From Trypanosoma brucei (taxonomy: Eukaryota), in the NCBI GenBank assembly GCA_000002445.1, contig CH464491.1, forward strand, positions 2,048,001-2,112,000: a stretch of DNA of 64,000 nucleotides, read 5' to 3'. Positions 53,874 through 64,000 of the stretch are shown piece after piece (positions within the stretch are counted from its first letter, which is position 1; every line of letters starts with the position of its first letter). A program made the position numbers and the translations under genes. The notes beneath the pieces were generated by a model, which saw only the letters and a program-made list of their open reading frames with translations, did no database searches and had not been told where the DNA came from.

Positions 53874-56207
53874 ACACCTGCCAGTACACTTACAGATCGT
53901 CCATGGGTTGTGGCTTGTCGCCTCCGCCGGCGGATTGGTAAGTCTTCTGGATGATGGGGTTGGTCACGCTCTGCAGAGTTTCCAGGGCAGTTTTGTACTC
54001 CTCCTTTTCGGCGTTCGGATTTTCGTCAAGGAAGCGGATCGCCTCCGCAACAGCGGTCTCCACTGCAGCCTTGTCATTGGGGTCAAGTTTCCCACCAAGC
54101 TTATCCTTATCGTTCACTTGGTTGCGTAGGGAATACGCAACGCTCTCCAGCGAGTTACGCGCATCCACACGCTCGCGCACCTTGCGGTCCTCGTCCTCGA
54201 ACTCTGCCGCTTCGCGCACCATACGCTCAATCTCCTCCTCGCTCAGGCGACCCTTGTCGTTGGTGATGGTGATCTCTTCCTTCTTTCCAGACGACTTGTC
54301 CATAGCGCTCACCTGCAGGATGCTGTTCTCGTCGACGTCAAATGTCACTTCGATTTGTGGCACACCACGCGCGGCAGGAGGAATTCCCGACAACTCGAAT
54401 TTGCCCAGGAGGCGGTTATCCTTTGTCAGCTGGCGCTCACCCTCATACACTTGGATAAGCACACCCGGCTGGTTGTCCGCATGGGTAGAAAAGACCTGAC
54501 TCTTCTTGGTGGGGATCTGTGTGTTACGCTCGATGAGTTTTGTCATGACACCACCTACAGTTTCAATACCAAGCGACAGTGGGATCACATCTACAAGCAC
54601 AACGCGCCCGCCAACCTCGCTTTCACCGGTTAGCACCGCAGCTTGCACAGCGGCACCATATGCTACGGCTTCATCGGGGTTAATACCACGGTTCAGTTCC
54701 TTCCCACCGAAGAAGTCACTGATCAGTTGTTGTACCTTCGGCACACGTGTGGATCCACCAACGAGCACAATCTCGTGGATGTCACTCTTCTTCAGCTTCG
54801 CATCCTCCAGCACACGTTGCACGGGCACGAGTGTCCCCTTGAAGAGGTCCATGTTCAGCTCCTCAAACTTCGCACGTGTGATTTTCTCGCTGAAATCGAA
54901 GCCCTCCGTAAGGCTGTCCACCTCCACACGCGCCTCGGGATGAGACGACAGCTGTCGCTTCGCAGCCTCACATGCCTTGCGAAGACGTGCCAGTGCCTTT
55001 TGGTCCTTACTGATGTCAACATTCTTTTTCTTCTTCAGCATGTCCACAAAGTGTCGCATCATGTTGTTATCAAAGTCCTCACCACCAAGGTGCGTATCAC
55101 CGTTTGTCGCCACAACTTCGAAGAAGCCCTCATCGATTGTCAGCAGTGACACATCAAAGGTACCACCACCAAGATCGAACACCAGGATATTCTTCTCACC
55201 GGCTTTGTTTAGCCCATATGCGATGGCGGCTGCGGTGGGCTCATTGATGATGCGCACTACGTTCAAACCGGCGATGGTCCCAGCATCCTTTGTCGACTGC
55301 CGTTGTGCGTCATTGAAGTACGCAGGTACCGTTACAACAGCGTTTTTCACTTTCTCGCCAAGGTACGTTTCTGCAATTTCCTTCATCTTCTGCAGCACCA
55401 TGGCACTGATCTCTTCTGGTGTGAACTGTTTCTTTTTCCCACCCACCATCACTTGTACCTTCGGCTTCCCGTCGCGGTCCGCAATGACCTCATACGACAG
55501 CAGTTTCTTGTCAGCCTGCACTGCCGCATCCGTGTACTTGCGGCCAATCAGCCTCTTGATGGTGTAGATTGTATTATGCGGATTCTGTGGAAGCTGATTC
55601 TTCGCACCGTCACCGATCAGCCGCTCTGTGTCGGTAAAGGCGACGACGGAAGGTGTGATGCGGTTACCCATCTCGTTCGGGATGATATGCACATCACCCT
55701 TCTGCCACACACCCACAACGGAGTATGTTGTGCCGAGGTCGATGCCCACGCATGGTGCTTCCACCTTGCCGCCACTTTCGGGTGCTGCTGAGACGGCTGC
55801 AACCGTCACAGTCAGGAACACCGCTGCAGTGGTCAGCCACATCCTCGACATCGGGAGGGGGATTATCTTGAACTTAATATTAGTGTTAGGTAAGTAGGTT
55901 TGTGTGTTTTAGTATGCTTAGCTTATCTTTCCAAAACAACGCGAAACGTGAAAATATGTGGAGAGGAGGTGTGGTGGGGCGATGAAAAGGGACAAATAGG
56001 GAAAAGGAAATGGTAAAACGCAGATGGCACACGGAAAGGGCAAGGCGGAAGAAGGGGTCGCCTCCAGTGCTGCCATGGGGCTCCTGCAAGTAGAGGTTAT
56101 GTGCTCTCTAGATAAAAATGCGCGTGAAGTCTGCCGCTACGGGGCAATACGCACCACAGAATTTACATAATTAAAACGAGGGATGTAAGTCCTTCCTGTA
56201 TACCCAA
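53874..56207. repeat. 2334 bp duplicated segment B (BiP copy 2 unit)
   Basis: See segment A. Confidence 0.9.
53890..55851 (-). CDS. BiP: BiP/GRP78 (ER-lumenal Hsp70), copy 2, identical to copy 1
   Basis: The 653 aa translation is identical to copy 1, including the signal peptide and the C-terminal MDDL. Confidence 0.95.
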   Translation of the reverse strand: MSRMWLTTAAVFLTVTVAAVSAAPESGGKVEAPCVGIDLGTTYSVVGVWQKGDVHIIPNEMGNRITPSVVAFTDTERLIGDGAKNQLPQNPHNTIYTIKRLIGRKYTDAAVQADKKLLSYEVIADRDGKPKVQVMVGGKKKQFTPEEISAMVLQKMKEIAETYLGEKVKNAVVTVPAYFNDAQRQSTKDAGTIAGLNVVRIINEPTAAAIAYGLNKAGEKNILVFDLGGGTFDVSLLTIDEGFFEVVATNGDTHLGGEDFDNNMMRHFVDMLKKKKNVDISKDQKALARLRKACEAAKRQLSSHPEARVEVDSLTEGFDFSEKITRAKFEELNMDLFKGTLVPVQRVLEDAKLKKSDIHEIVLVGGSTRVPKVQQLISDFFGGKELNRGINPDEAVAYGAAVQAAVLTGESEVGGRVVLVDVIPLSLGIETVGGVMTKLIERNTQIPTKKSQVFSTHADNQPGVLIQVYEGERQLTKDNRLLGKFELSGIPPAARGVPQIEVTFDVDENSILQVSAMDKSSGKKEEITITNDKGRLSEEEIERMVREAAEFEDEDRKVRERVDARNSLESVAYSLRNQVNDKDKLGGKLDPNDKAAVETAVAEAIRFLDENPNAEKEEYKTALETLQSVTNPIIQKTYQSAGGGDKPQPMDDL

Positions 56208-56838
56208 CAACACCGTTTACCTGCATTGATATTTTTTGTTTGGCCTCCCTTTCGGTAAGTCACTAGTAAATTGCTGTTGCGCAATAAATAACTATGCGTG
56301 AAACTCGTGCCGTGTACACGGTTACTGTGTTTCTTCTGAAACGGTCTTAGTAAGCCTGCTGCCATCGTAAACACAGTAACATCTTCCTGCTGTCATGTAT
56401 AAAAAGTGGAGGAACTGTTAGGTTTGAAAGCGCACTTCATTTATCTTTGCGAATCGCATGCTCATCTGTGGTATTGTTACGTCGATTCTATATTATCAGG
56501 CGTCAGCGCATATTTCCACGACAGGGCGTATTGCTACTGCTGCAATAGCCTCTCCAGTTTGGCGAAGCCATATATTTGTGAAAGGAAAGAATAACTACCT
56601 GATGTTTTGAAGATGAATGAGTTTTGGGATTTCCCCCCCCTTTGCAATGTGCATATACAAAAAAAAAGGCACGTACAAGTTTTATTTATGTTCAGTAGGT
56701 GGTGGGCGCTGTCCGAATAAGCTCATGGGTGTGTTCGGTTCTTGTTATGAAACATATACTACACAACTAGAGGGAAACATAATCCCCTCTCGTCCTTTAA
56801 CCTCTTTGCTCTCGCCTCTGCTAATGTTTGCTATCGTT

Positions 56839-57963
56839 TCAGTTGGGGGGACGGAGGAAACGCATGATGGGGTCGAAAGGAATATTCTCAACCCGACATT
56901 TTGCCGCGTTTCGGGCGCTGCTAAGTATCTCCTCCTGTGTAAAACACTCAAATTCACTTCCGTCTACGCTGTCAAGGTTAAGTAAGAAGAAAGACACATT
57001 GTTCGGAAATAAATGCTCCTCCCTCGCCGTTAAATCGCGGTGTTGGATGGTATGCTCTGTTCCAATGATCAGCGCTCGGAATGAGCGGCCTGTCAATGTG
57101 GAAACAAGATGATCCTTAACGAAGGTATTCAATGCGAAAGAGAGGGCGCTAATGAGCGACTTTGCGTTCCGTTCGCTTGTATCACTCTCATGTAGACGTA
57201 ATGTTGCGGCTACCTGCACGTCACAGGCAACCTCTGCCGCCACACAGAAACCACCAACGATGGCACAGTGAATGCACAACTTGGCCCGCGGAACATAATC
57301 GTTAAAAAATAAGCATGGTGTTCGGTCAACCGCGGCAGCCAACATGGGATGGTCATTCATAAGATGCAGGACGTCCCACCCATAAGTGCAAGGAACACCA
57401 ATGTATGAAAGCGCCCCAAGGGATGACTTGGAGTTCCGCTCCCCCTCGGGAACGTGGAAAGCTGACGATACAAAAGTGGGTGACAGTTTCGAAAGTGGTA
57501 GATGCAGCGGTACCGTCTGAACGAGGAAACGCGGCAGCTCCAATGCATCCACCGCCTTCACCATCTCTGCACGTCCACCAGACGAAAGGCCTCGTGGACA
57601 CGGGGTAATGGCCATGAAGGGTGTCTTGCTAACCAAAGCTTCGGTATGGTACCAATCCTGTAATATGTCCTTCCCAACACCCTGCTCAGCGCGACGCGAC
57701 ATCCAATCGTTAAATGCTCCATCCTCCCGTGAAGCAGCTTCAGCTGATTGCACACGCTGCGTTAAACTGTCTGATTCATCTTGCTGTTGCTTCTCCGTCG
57801 CGAAAAAACGGTGCATCTCCTCGTTCCACATATTTTGACGACTCTGCAGGAGTGTTACGGTGTCAAGAATTTCTCGTGCAAGCTTCACCGGCGCGGGGTA
57901 ACGCCCGTTCCCCTTCCCTTCCTCTCCGTTCATGAGAATAATCAGCACAATCGCACCGCCCAC
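56839..57963 (-). CDS. hypothetical protein
   Basis: A 374 aa ORF on the PTU strand with no recognised domain. It has a Cys-containing region 'CIHCAIVGGFCVAAEVACD'. Confidence 0.45.
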   Translation of the reverse strand: MGGAIVLIILMNGEEGKGNGRYPAPVKLAREILDTVTLLQSRQNMWNEEMHRFFATEKQQQDESDSLTQRVQSAEAASREDGAFNDWMSRRAEQGVGKDILQDWYHTEALVSKTPFMAITPCPRGLSSGGRAEMVKAVDALELPRFLVQTVPLHLPLSKLSPTFVSSAFHVPEGERNSKSSLGALSYIGVPCTYGWDVLHLMNDHPMLAAAVDRTPCLFFNDYVPRAKLCIHCAIVGGFCVAAEVACDVQVAATLRLHESDTSERNAKSLISALSFALNTFVKDHLVSTLTGRSFRALIIGTEHTIQHRDLTAREEHLFPNNVSFFLLNLDSVDGSEFECFTQEEILSSARNAAKCRVENIPFDPIMRFLRPPN

Positions 57964-58953
57964 CCCCTTAGCTTTATTGACCTCTTACCGTTTGCGGTGG
58001 AGGCAAATAGATACAGAGAGAAAGGGGAAAATATTGATAATTGTAATGCGGCTGTTCCTCACCCCTTCCTCTGTGCTAATAAAATAAAATAAATGCGCAC
58101 CACAACTCGTTACACCTACGGATGACTGCCGTTTAGCGCCTAAACTCTTTTGATCCCTCTTCGTTTTTCAGTTTTCACTCTCATCAGCCGCTTTCACAAG
58201 GCGATCATTATAGGGGGGAAAATACGGTGTCAGGGCTCCGCACGTCAAATCAATAGAACCCATCTGCAATCTTTCACTTGCACAGAAATAACCAGCTAAC
58301 GCAGTTTAAATTTGTTACACACATGTAATCAGCAGCTCAACGTTTTACTATTTTTTTTTTTAGTAAGGGAAAAATTGAGGAAAGGAATGCAGAACTGAAT
58401 TCGAAGAAAAAATTAATTTGCGGACGTCCGTGTGTGAGCGCTGAGCCACAGCGACCAACAAAGAAAAAAAATTGTGAAAAAAAAAGGTACACGAGAGCGC
58501 ATGAACTATGAGCTCTTAGTGTATGCAAAAAAAAAACAACTGTCAGCGTGCGATAATCTTGATGGCAAAACCAAGAAAAAAATCAAGAATATAGTGGTGA
58601 TAGAGTGAAGTAAAGACACAACAAGCTTGACGCGTGAGTGGGGTACCAGACATTAAAGAAGCTTCGAATGCTGCACCCCACGCCGAGTTAATCCGACCAA
58701 CGCAACTGATTTGAAAGAGGGCACAGACACCCACGTTATCAGTATCAGTGAGACGTGAGAAGAGGGGCGTTGCAACGCAAACACTGTCACCTGACGTGCC
58801 ATCTAATACCATATGTTGTTATTCTCAGCATCGTACTTGTAAAAACCACAGGGATACAACCACGCCTGCATGGATGATACCCATCCAGTTCGTCCCTGTT
58901 AGACGCTGCGGGTTTGCACCGCGTCTGCGCAGCGAACGCGACGGCACTATGAT

Positions 58954-61137
58954 TTAAACAAGGTTAAACATGGATCTGAGCGCTCCCTTGTTCACCTTAC
59001 CTGTTGTGTTCCGCGGCACCTCCGGCACAATGATGTACCGCGCAGGGCATTTGTAATATGCGAGGACCTCGTGAACCACGGCAGACAGTTCCTGTGTCAA
59101 CTCCGGTGATTCATAATGGTTAAAATTGTCGGGTACATTCCACTTCCTCAGCGCCGCAGCCTGTAATGAGGCGATAGCCACCACACTTTGACCTTTAACC
59201 TCGTCCTTGCATCCCACAACTGCAACCTCGTAAAAAATATCCCGGAAGGTAAGCAGCGCAGCTTCAATCTCCAACGCAGACAGCTTGAATCCAGACGACT
59301 TGATTATATCAACACTCGTCCGACCAAGAATGGTGTAAACTACACTGTCACAGTCACTGTTAAACATCTTCACTCCCACAGTATCACCCGTATCAAAGAA
59401 GCGTTGACCACTGCTGTTGACAACCAACTCCTTCTTGGTCGCTGCTGGATTATCCCAATAGCGGTCAAACACGGACTTGGAGGAAACACCAAGGCGACCA
59501 ACGGTGTCATACTCCGCCGGTTTTCCCTTCCCATCCGCCTTTTCACCACCTTCATCTGTCACGGTTTCCTCTGGGTTGTTGAATACATACGTTTGCACAG
59601 TTGGAAGGGCCTGCCCCACTGTTCCAGGAACCCTTCTCGTTACGGGTCGGAGGGGCTGACCAAGCGCCATCCCGATTTCAGTCATTCCATAACGCTCCAG
59701 TAGAATGTGGCCGGTTAGCTCATGGAAGGCGTGAAGGGTCGGTGTGGGGAGAGCGGCGCTACCGCTCACAATCAATCGGACACTTTGAGAGACCGCTGTT
59801 TTAAACCCCCGTTTTTCAATAGGTGACATTTTTTCGTTAATAGCAGCAATTAATTTCGTGTAGAGCGTGGGCACGCCCATCAATAGAGTGATATCACCCC
59901 GCTCAAGGCGGCGTGCGATGCGAATTGGGTCGTCAAACTTCGTAATCACACATCGGGCACCCGACGCCAGGGAGCAAAGAAGGATATTAACAAGCCCATG
60001 TATATGATGCATGGGCAACATATGGAGGACAGTGTCGTCGGAGGACCATTGCCACACATCCTGGAGGACATTTACCATATTTCGCACGGTCCCGTGGGTG
60101 TGGACGACACCCTTCGGTTTGGCTGTTGTGCCTGATGTATACAACATTAGGCAATCATCATTCCACCCTGGACGTGACCGTGGGTCCTCCACCCAGCGGC
60201 GGTGCACCGGATTGAGAGAGTGAAGATTTTCTGTATCGTAATACATTTCACCAGCGTCACCATCAGCTGCATGTGTGACGGCGTTATTTTCTTTGAACTG
60301 TTCACTCATCATGCTTTGACGGCGTGCTTCACAACGCTTGGCGTCGGCAGCCTTTTCAAGTTCCAGTCGATCGATAACATCGTGTGCATCATTAATTTTC
60401 CTCGATTCAGCCTTCGCGGGGATGTGTTCTGGTTGAAGCAGGGTTCCCGTCTCCTCTTCCTTTTCACGTTGGGCTTCGACAGAATCAAGAAGTGAGTCGA
60501 GGTCAAACATCGTTTCTACGTGGTGTGTTGACGAGGTTGCACTTCTGCATGTGGGCCACCTTCCGCATTCCAGTTCCCGCACCAAAAGATTTTTATAATC
60601 CGCCGGAAACTTATCTTCAAACGCCCAGGTGTCCCCCAACACTGCCCTGCTCTTACTATGCCCAAGAATGTACGACAACTCGCCCGCATACTTCTGCGAA
60701 GCGGACATGGGAACAGCCATCTGGTTGAGTGACCACGCGGCCAACAGGGACACAACGAAAGCGTAACCAGCATTTCCTGTTATCGCCAAATTATATGTTC
60801 CATCATCCTTAAGAAAATCACAACTCAGAACCCCTCCCTCTTCATTACTGTAAACACTCCTCACATTGTCTGGCCTTGGTGGCTGCAGCCAACAGAGCGA
60901 CGGCATTCGCTGGATTTTCGCTAAAAGCTCCCGTCGTTGCACGATGACATTCGCCACTGCAAGAACATCTTTTCGTAAGCGTCCAAACGAGTAACACATC
61001 GGCTCAGCACCGGCTACCTCGACTACTAGAGCATCTTTTCGCGCCGGCGCGGAAAAAACGCTTTCTAAAACGGTGTTGTAGCTGAAGAGTGTGGAAAAGG
61101 GAATTTTGTCTAACCGGCGCCCGACAAGAGTAAACAT
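58954..61137 (-). CDS. AMP-dependent acyl-CoA synthetase/ligase family protein (with internal charged insertion)
   Basis: AMP-binding motif 'LMLYTSGTTAKPKGVVHTHG', plus 'ERYGMTE' and 'FDTGDT' motifs and a C-terminal 'TTGKVNKGALR'. An acidic Lys/Glu-rich insertion of about 120 aa sits in the N-terminal half. Confidence 0.85.
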   Translation of the reverse strand: MFTLVGRRLDKIPFSTLFSYNTVLESVFSAPARKDALVVEVAGAEPMCYSFGRLRKDVLAVANVIVQRRELLAKIQRMPSLCWLQPPRPDNVRSVYSNEEGGVLSCDFLKDDGTYNLAITGNAGYAFVVSLLAAWSLNQMAVPMSASQKYAGELSYILGHSKSRAVLGDTWAFEDKFPADYKNLLVRELECGRWPTCRSATSSTHHVETMFDLDSLLDSVEAQREKEEETGTLLQPEHIPAKAESRKINDAHDVIDRLELEKAADAKRCEARRQSMMSEQFKENNAVTHAADGDAGEMYYDTENLHSLNPVHRRWVEDPRSRPGWNDDCLMLYTSGTTAKPKGVVHTHGTVRNMVNVLQDVWQWSSDDTVLHMLPMHHIHGLVNILLCSLASGARCVITKFDDPIRIARRLERGDITLLMGVPTLYTKLIAAINEKMSPIEKRGFKTAVSQSVRLIVSGSAALPTPTLHAFHELTGHILLERYGMTEIGMALGQPLRPVTRRVPGTVGQALPTVQTYVFNNPEETVTDEGGEKADGKGKPAEYDTVGRLGVSSKSVFDRYWDNPAATKKELVVNSSGQRFFDTGDTVGVKMFNSDCDSVVYTILGRTSVDIIKSSGFKLSALEIEAALLTFRDIFYEVAVVGCKDEVKGQSVVAIASLQAAALRKWNVPDNFNHYESPELTQELSAVVHEVLAYYKCPARYIIVPEVPRNTTGKVNKGALRSMFNLV

Positions 61138-62266
61138 CTTCGGCAGTTTGGTTGTTTTCCTCCCCTTTCTTTGGAGCTCTGCAGAAGTGTGTTCCTGCCT
61201 TCCGCTTTATTTAAGAGGACAGCCGTTTCCGCCCTGATGCACAAATATATATATTTATATAAGTATGAGGGACAAGCTTCTCTCGCTTTCCTTCGACTTG
61301 AATGCTCTTCGGGACGATATTTTTTCCCCCTCCTCACTCACACCTCCTTTTCACTTTCTACACGACGCCTAATAATTTATCCCGCTTTGACGTTTGCAGT
61401 AGAAGTTGAAACAGTGGGAGAAACCCTTGCGGAAGTGGATGGAAGTAAGCAACCAAGGGGGCAAACTAAAAACAGAACCTAATGTTGTTAGTTTGAAAAG
61501 CGGATGAACCCCACTTCCCTCTACTTTAATAAGCCGTCGACGCCTCGTTAAATCAATAAAGGTAAAACATACGCACCCAACATCAAAAGAAGATGAATAC
61601 GCCTTCAAGGACAGATAAGGAAACTGTGGTGGAAGCTGCACGATGAACAGAACAAGAAGAATGACATATAAGTTATCCTCATTTTTTTTGTTTTTTAGAT
61701 GGGAGCAATCAAATCAAGTGATTGTTCAACCGCATCTGTGAGAGTGGCACCTTAACGAAGAGAAAGGGAAACATAAGGTATGACGATAAAAGCAGCACAA
61801 CCATTGGTTGGGCTGCATAATCACATTTCACAGCAGTTCATCCATTTGTTCATTCATTGCTTCTAAATGCTTTGTAACAGTTTCATTCTTTTTAAGGCAA
61901 ATCGGCCATGCAAAAAATGAACCAGAAAAAAAAAAATACGCGTGATAATAAAAAAAGAAAGGAATTCTGGAAATACGGAAAGAACCCGATTGCAATCGTT
62001 CTTCACCAATCAAATGCCACTGTATAGATTCATTCAGCCCCCACAGGCACAACTCGCTGGTTAACTGAGGTTAATGTTCGGTCCAGAACTGAAAGCGCAT
62101 GCACCGCCACTTTTTTTTTTGCTTTCGAGATGCGCTGCACGTTTGTACCTGTACATCAAATAACCGACTTCCGCAAGTTCACAGTGCGTTTTTAGCCTTT
62201 ATAGCGTTATTATGACTTTTTGTGACTCACTTCCTGCAAGAACTCTGCATTGAGCTTTCATGCGCA

Positions 62267-62270
<4 letters not shown>

Positions 62271-62309
<39 letters not shown>
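62271..62309. repeat. (TA)n microsatellite (about 19 units)
   Basis: Read directly. Confidence 0.9.
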
Positions 62310-62313
<4 letters not shown>

Positions 62314-62422
62314 ATGCATCTTCTCAGCTTTCTTGTGAATATACCTCTCCTACCCACCAACCTTCATAAAGGAATTTCACCATCGCCAACAGATACATTT
62401 TTCAACATTCTTACCCGCATTT

Positions 62423-63424
62423 TCACTTCCTTGACTTCGTAACCAGTTCAGTAAGCTTTGGCACAGCGACAAAAAGATCCTCCACAAGCCCGTAGTCTGC
62501 CACTTGAAAGAAGGGTGCTTCAGCATCGTTGTTAATTACTGCAATAACTTTCGCATCCTTTAAACCAGCAACGTGTTGTATGGCACCCGACACACCGCAG
62601 CCAACGTAAAGGTTCGGCGCCACAGTTTTTCCCGTTTGCCCAATCTGGAGGTCATTGGAGCAATAACCGGCATCCACCGCCGCGCGAGTTGCACCAACGG
62701 CCGCATGGAGTGGCTTTGCTAAATCATGAAGAAGTTTAAAATTCTCGCCACTCTTCAAACCACGCCCCCCCGCGATAACCGTCGCCGCTGTTTGGATATC
62801 TGGCGCGTCATTATTTACTGAGGCATCCTCAAGCCACTTCGAAGTGCCAACCACCGGTGTCACTTCTACCTCCTGCTGCAATGCGTTACCTCCTTCAAGA
62901 GGTGCTCGCTCAAATGAGGTGCTGCGAATCGTAGCGAACTTCACCGGGTCAGTGGACCTTACCGTACTAACAACACCTCCAGCGTACATGTAACGGACGA
63001 AGGTGGACTCATCTTTCACTTCCGACACTTCACTAATGGGCATGACATCACACAGCGCCGCGGCACGAGGGATAATTCCCTTGCCGAAAGCTGAGGTAGC
63101 CGCGAGAACATGCGTGTAACCGCCAAGCTGTACGAGTGATGCCACAAGCGGTGCATATTCCTCAGGCAAACCATGCTCATAGTGGATACCTGAAGCAATG
63201 AACACTTGGGAAACGCCCTTCACCTTTGACAGTTGCGCTGCAGCGGTTGCGGGGGTTTCACCAGCGATAAGTGTGGTTACTTCACCAAGTTGCAAGCCCG
63301 CCGTTACCGCTGCGAGAGTACCTGGAAATATAGAGTTTTGATGGGTCTCCGCCAGCACCAGCACTTTGCCGAAGAATGCAGCGGTGTAACGAAACATCAG
63401 GGGAAAATGTTGATCTCCAAACAC
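62423..63424 (-). CDS. ETFA: electron transfer flavoprotein alpha subunit
   Basis: Collinear with human ETFA: '[103 protein letters not shown]' against '[99 protein letters not shown]'. Confidence 0.9.
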   Translation of the reverse strand: [333 protein letters not shown]

Positions 63425-64000
63425 CTTTAAAACGACTCAGAGTGAAATTATACTAAGTTAGCTAACCCTTTGATAATGCCCGACAACCTGATTCCGTCGA
63501 GAAGTGGAGCGCAAATATCTCCAGGACAACCCGCCTTATGATCTTCCCTTTGTAGCACTCCTTAAACAGAACCAACCACAAATAAACTTGTAGCGATCAA
63601 GAGGAGGAGTTTGATTCAACATAGCATGTCCATAAACAATAGTGGCAGGGGGGAAATAATATCCCTAAGGACATGAAAGTGGAAGCAACCACCTGCAGAG
63701 CGTTAATAGGTCTTTGGCTTAATGGGGAACAAGTGCAAGCACAGCAAACAAAAGCATATGTAGTAACCAACAGGCTATACGAAGGGGTAATGAGAAGGGG
63801 ATCCAAGCAAACGCGGTGCCGACATGCACTATTATTTAATTAGTTCTTTTCATCGTGATCGCTGTTTTTTTTTTTAAATCTTCCCTCAGGATGTCCACAC
63901 CTGCTGGTGCACGTTAAAACAAGTCCCAATAACTAATTCCACAACTCTTTTCTTTTCAACCGCTCCCTTGTGTCACTTTTTTCTTTTAGTCTTTCCCCTC

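Noticed and set aside
62190-62215. 'tagcgttattatgac' resembling part of the spliced-leader RNA exon
   Set aside because: Only about 12 nt of partial similarity exist. There is no SL intron or Sm-site context, and it lies in an AT-rich intergenic region.
1-64000. Prokaryote-style features (operons, RBS, CRISPR arrays, IS elements, rho-independent terminators, defence islands)
   Set aside because: Intron-less genes with trypanosomatid-specific signals (polypyrimidine/AG acceptors, PTU strand organisation, BiP-MDDL) show this is kinetoplastid nuclear DNA. I saw no CRISPR-like spaced repeats and no transposase or retroposon (ingi/RIME/SLACS-like) ORFs.

Overview
The window looks like nuclear DNA from a kinetoplastid. 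The most likely source is Trypanosoma brucei, because the two Hsp70/BiP copies end in the ER-retention signal MDDL, which is the published T. brucei BiP C-terminus. Several lines of evidence fit a trypanosomatid chromosome-internal region with polycistronic transcription units (PTUs). Genes are densely packed on one strand and show no introns. Polypyrimidine tracts followed by AG dinucleotides sit upstream of start codons, marking trans-splicing acceptor sites. (AT)n and (GT)n microsatellites are common in the intergenic DNA. Bacterial feature classes (operons, CRISPR, RBS, rho-independent terminators) do not apply here. Plus-strand genes run from about 821 to 37680 (about 16 genes), and minus-strand genes run from 63424 down to 38563 (about 14 genes). 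The two units converge at a roughly 0.9 kb strand-switch region (37681-38562), which is a presumptive Pol II termination zone. Genes I can assign from the protein sequences, in order: a DHHC palmitoyltransferase, a HAD-IIB hydrolase, mitochondrial FAD-dependent glycerol-3-phosphate dehydrogenase, a GP63/leishmanolysin metalloprotease, an FAD synthetase with an N-terminal LRR-like extension, two tandem Elongin C-like paralogues, a zf-HIT plus CCCH protein, RRP44/DIS3, a short-form cystathionine beta-synthase, an AOS1/ULA1-like E1 regulatory subunit, NADPH-cytochrome P450 reductase, a candidate Smg4/UPF3-like protein, two 100% identical BiP/GRP78 copies 8.29 kb apart, a zf-AN1 protein, a V-ATPase proteolipid subunit, two near-identical DUF423/TMEM256-like genes, an acyl-CoA synthetase and ETF-alpha. 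The remaining ORFs are hypothetical. The hunt findings are: the perfect BiP duplication bracketing a five-gene cassette, the DUF423 direct repeat, the Elongin C paralogue pair, a possible UPF3 homologue, the LRR-FAD-synthetase and HIT-CCCH domain combinations, an MSP-C-like GP63 with no GPI signal, a strand-switch region that lacks tRNAs but carries a G13 tract, and recurrent homopolymeric G/C tracts of 10 or more in intergenic DNA.
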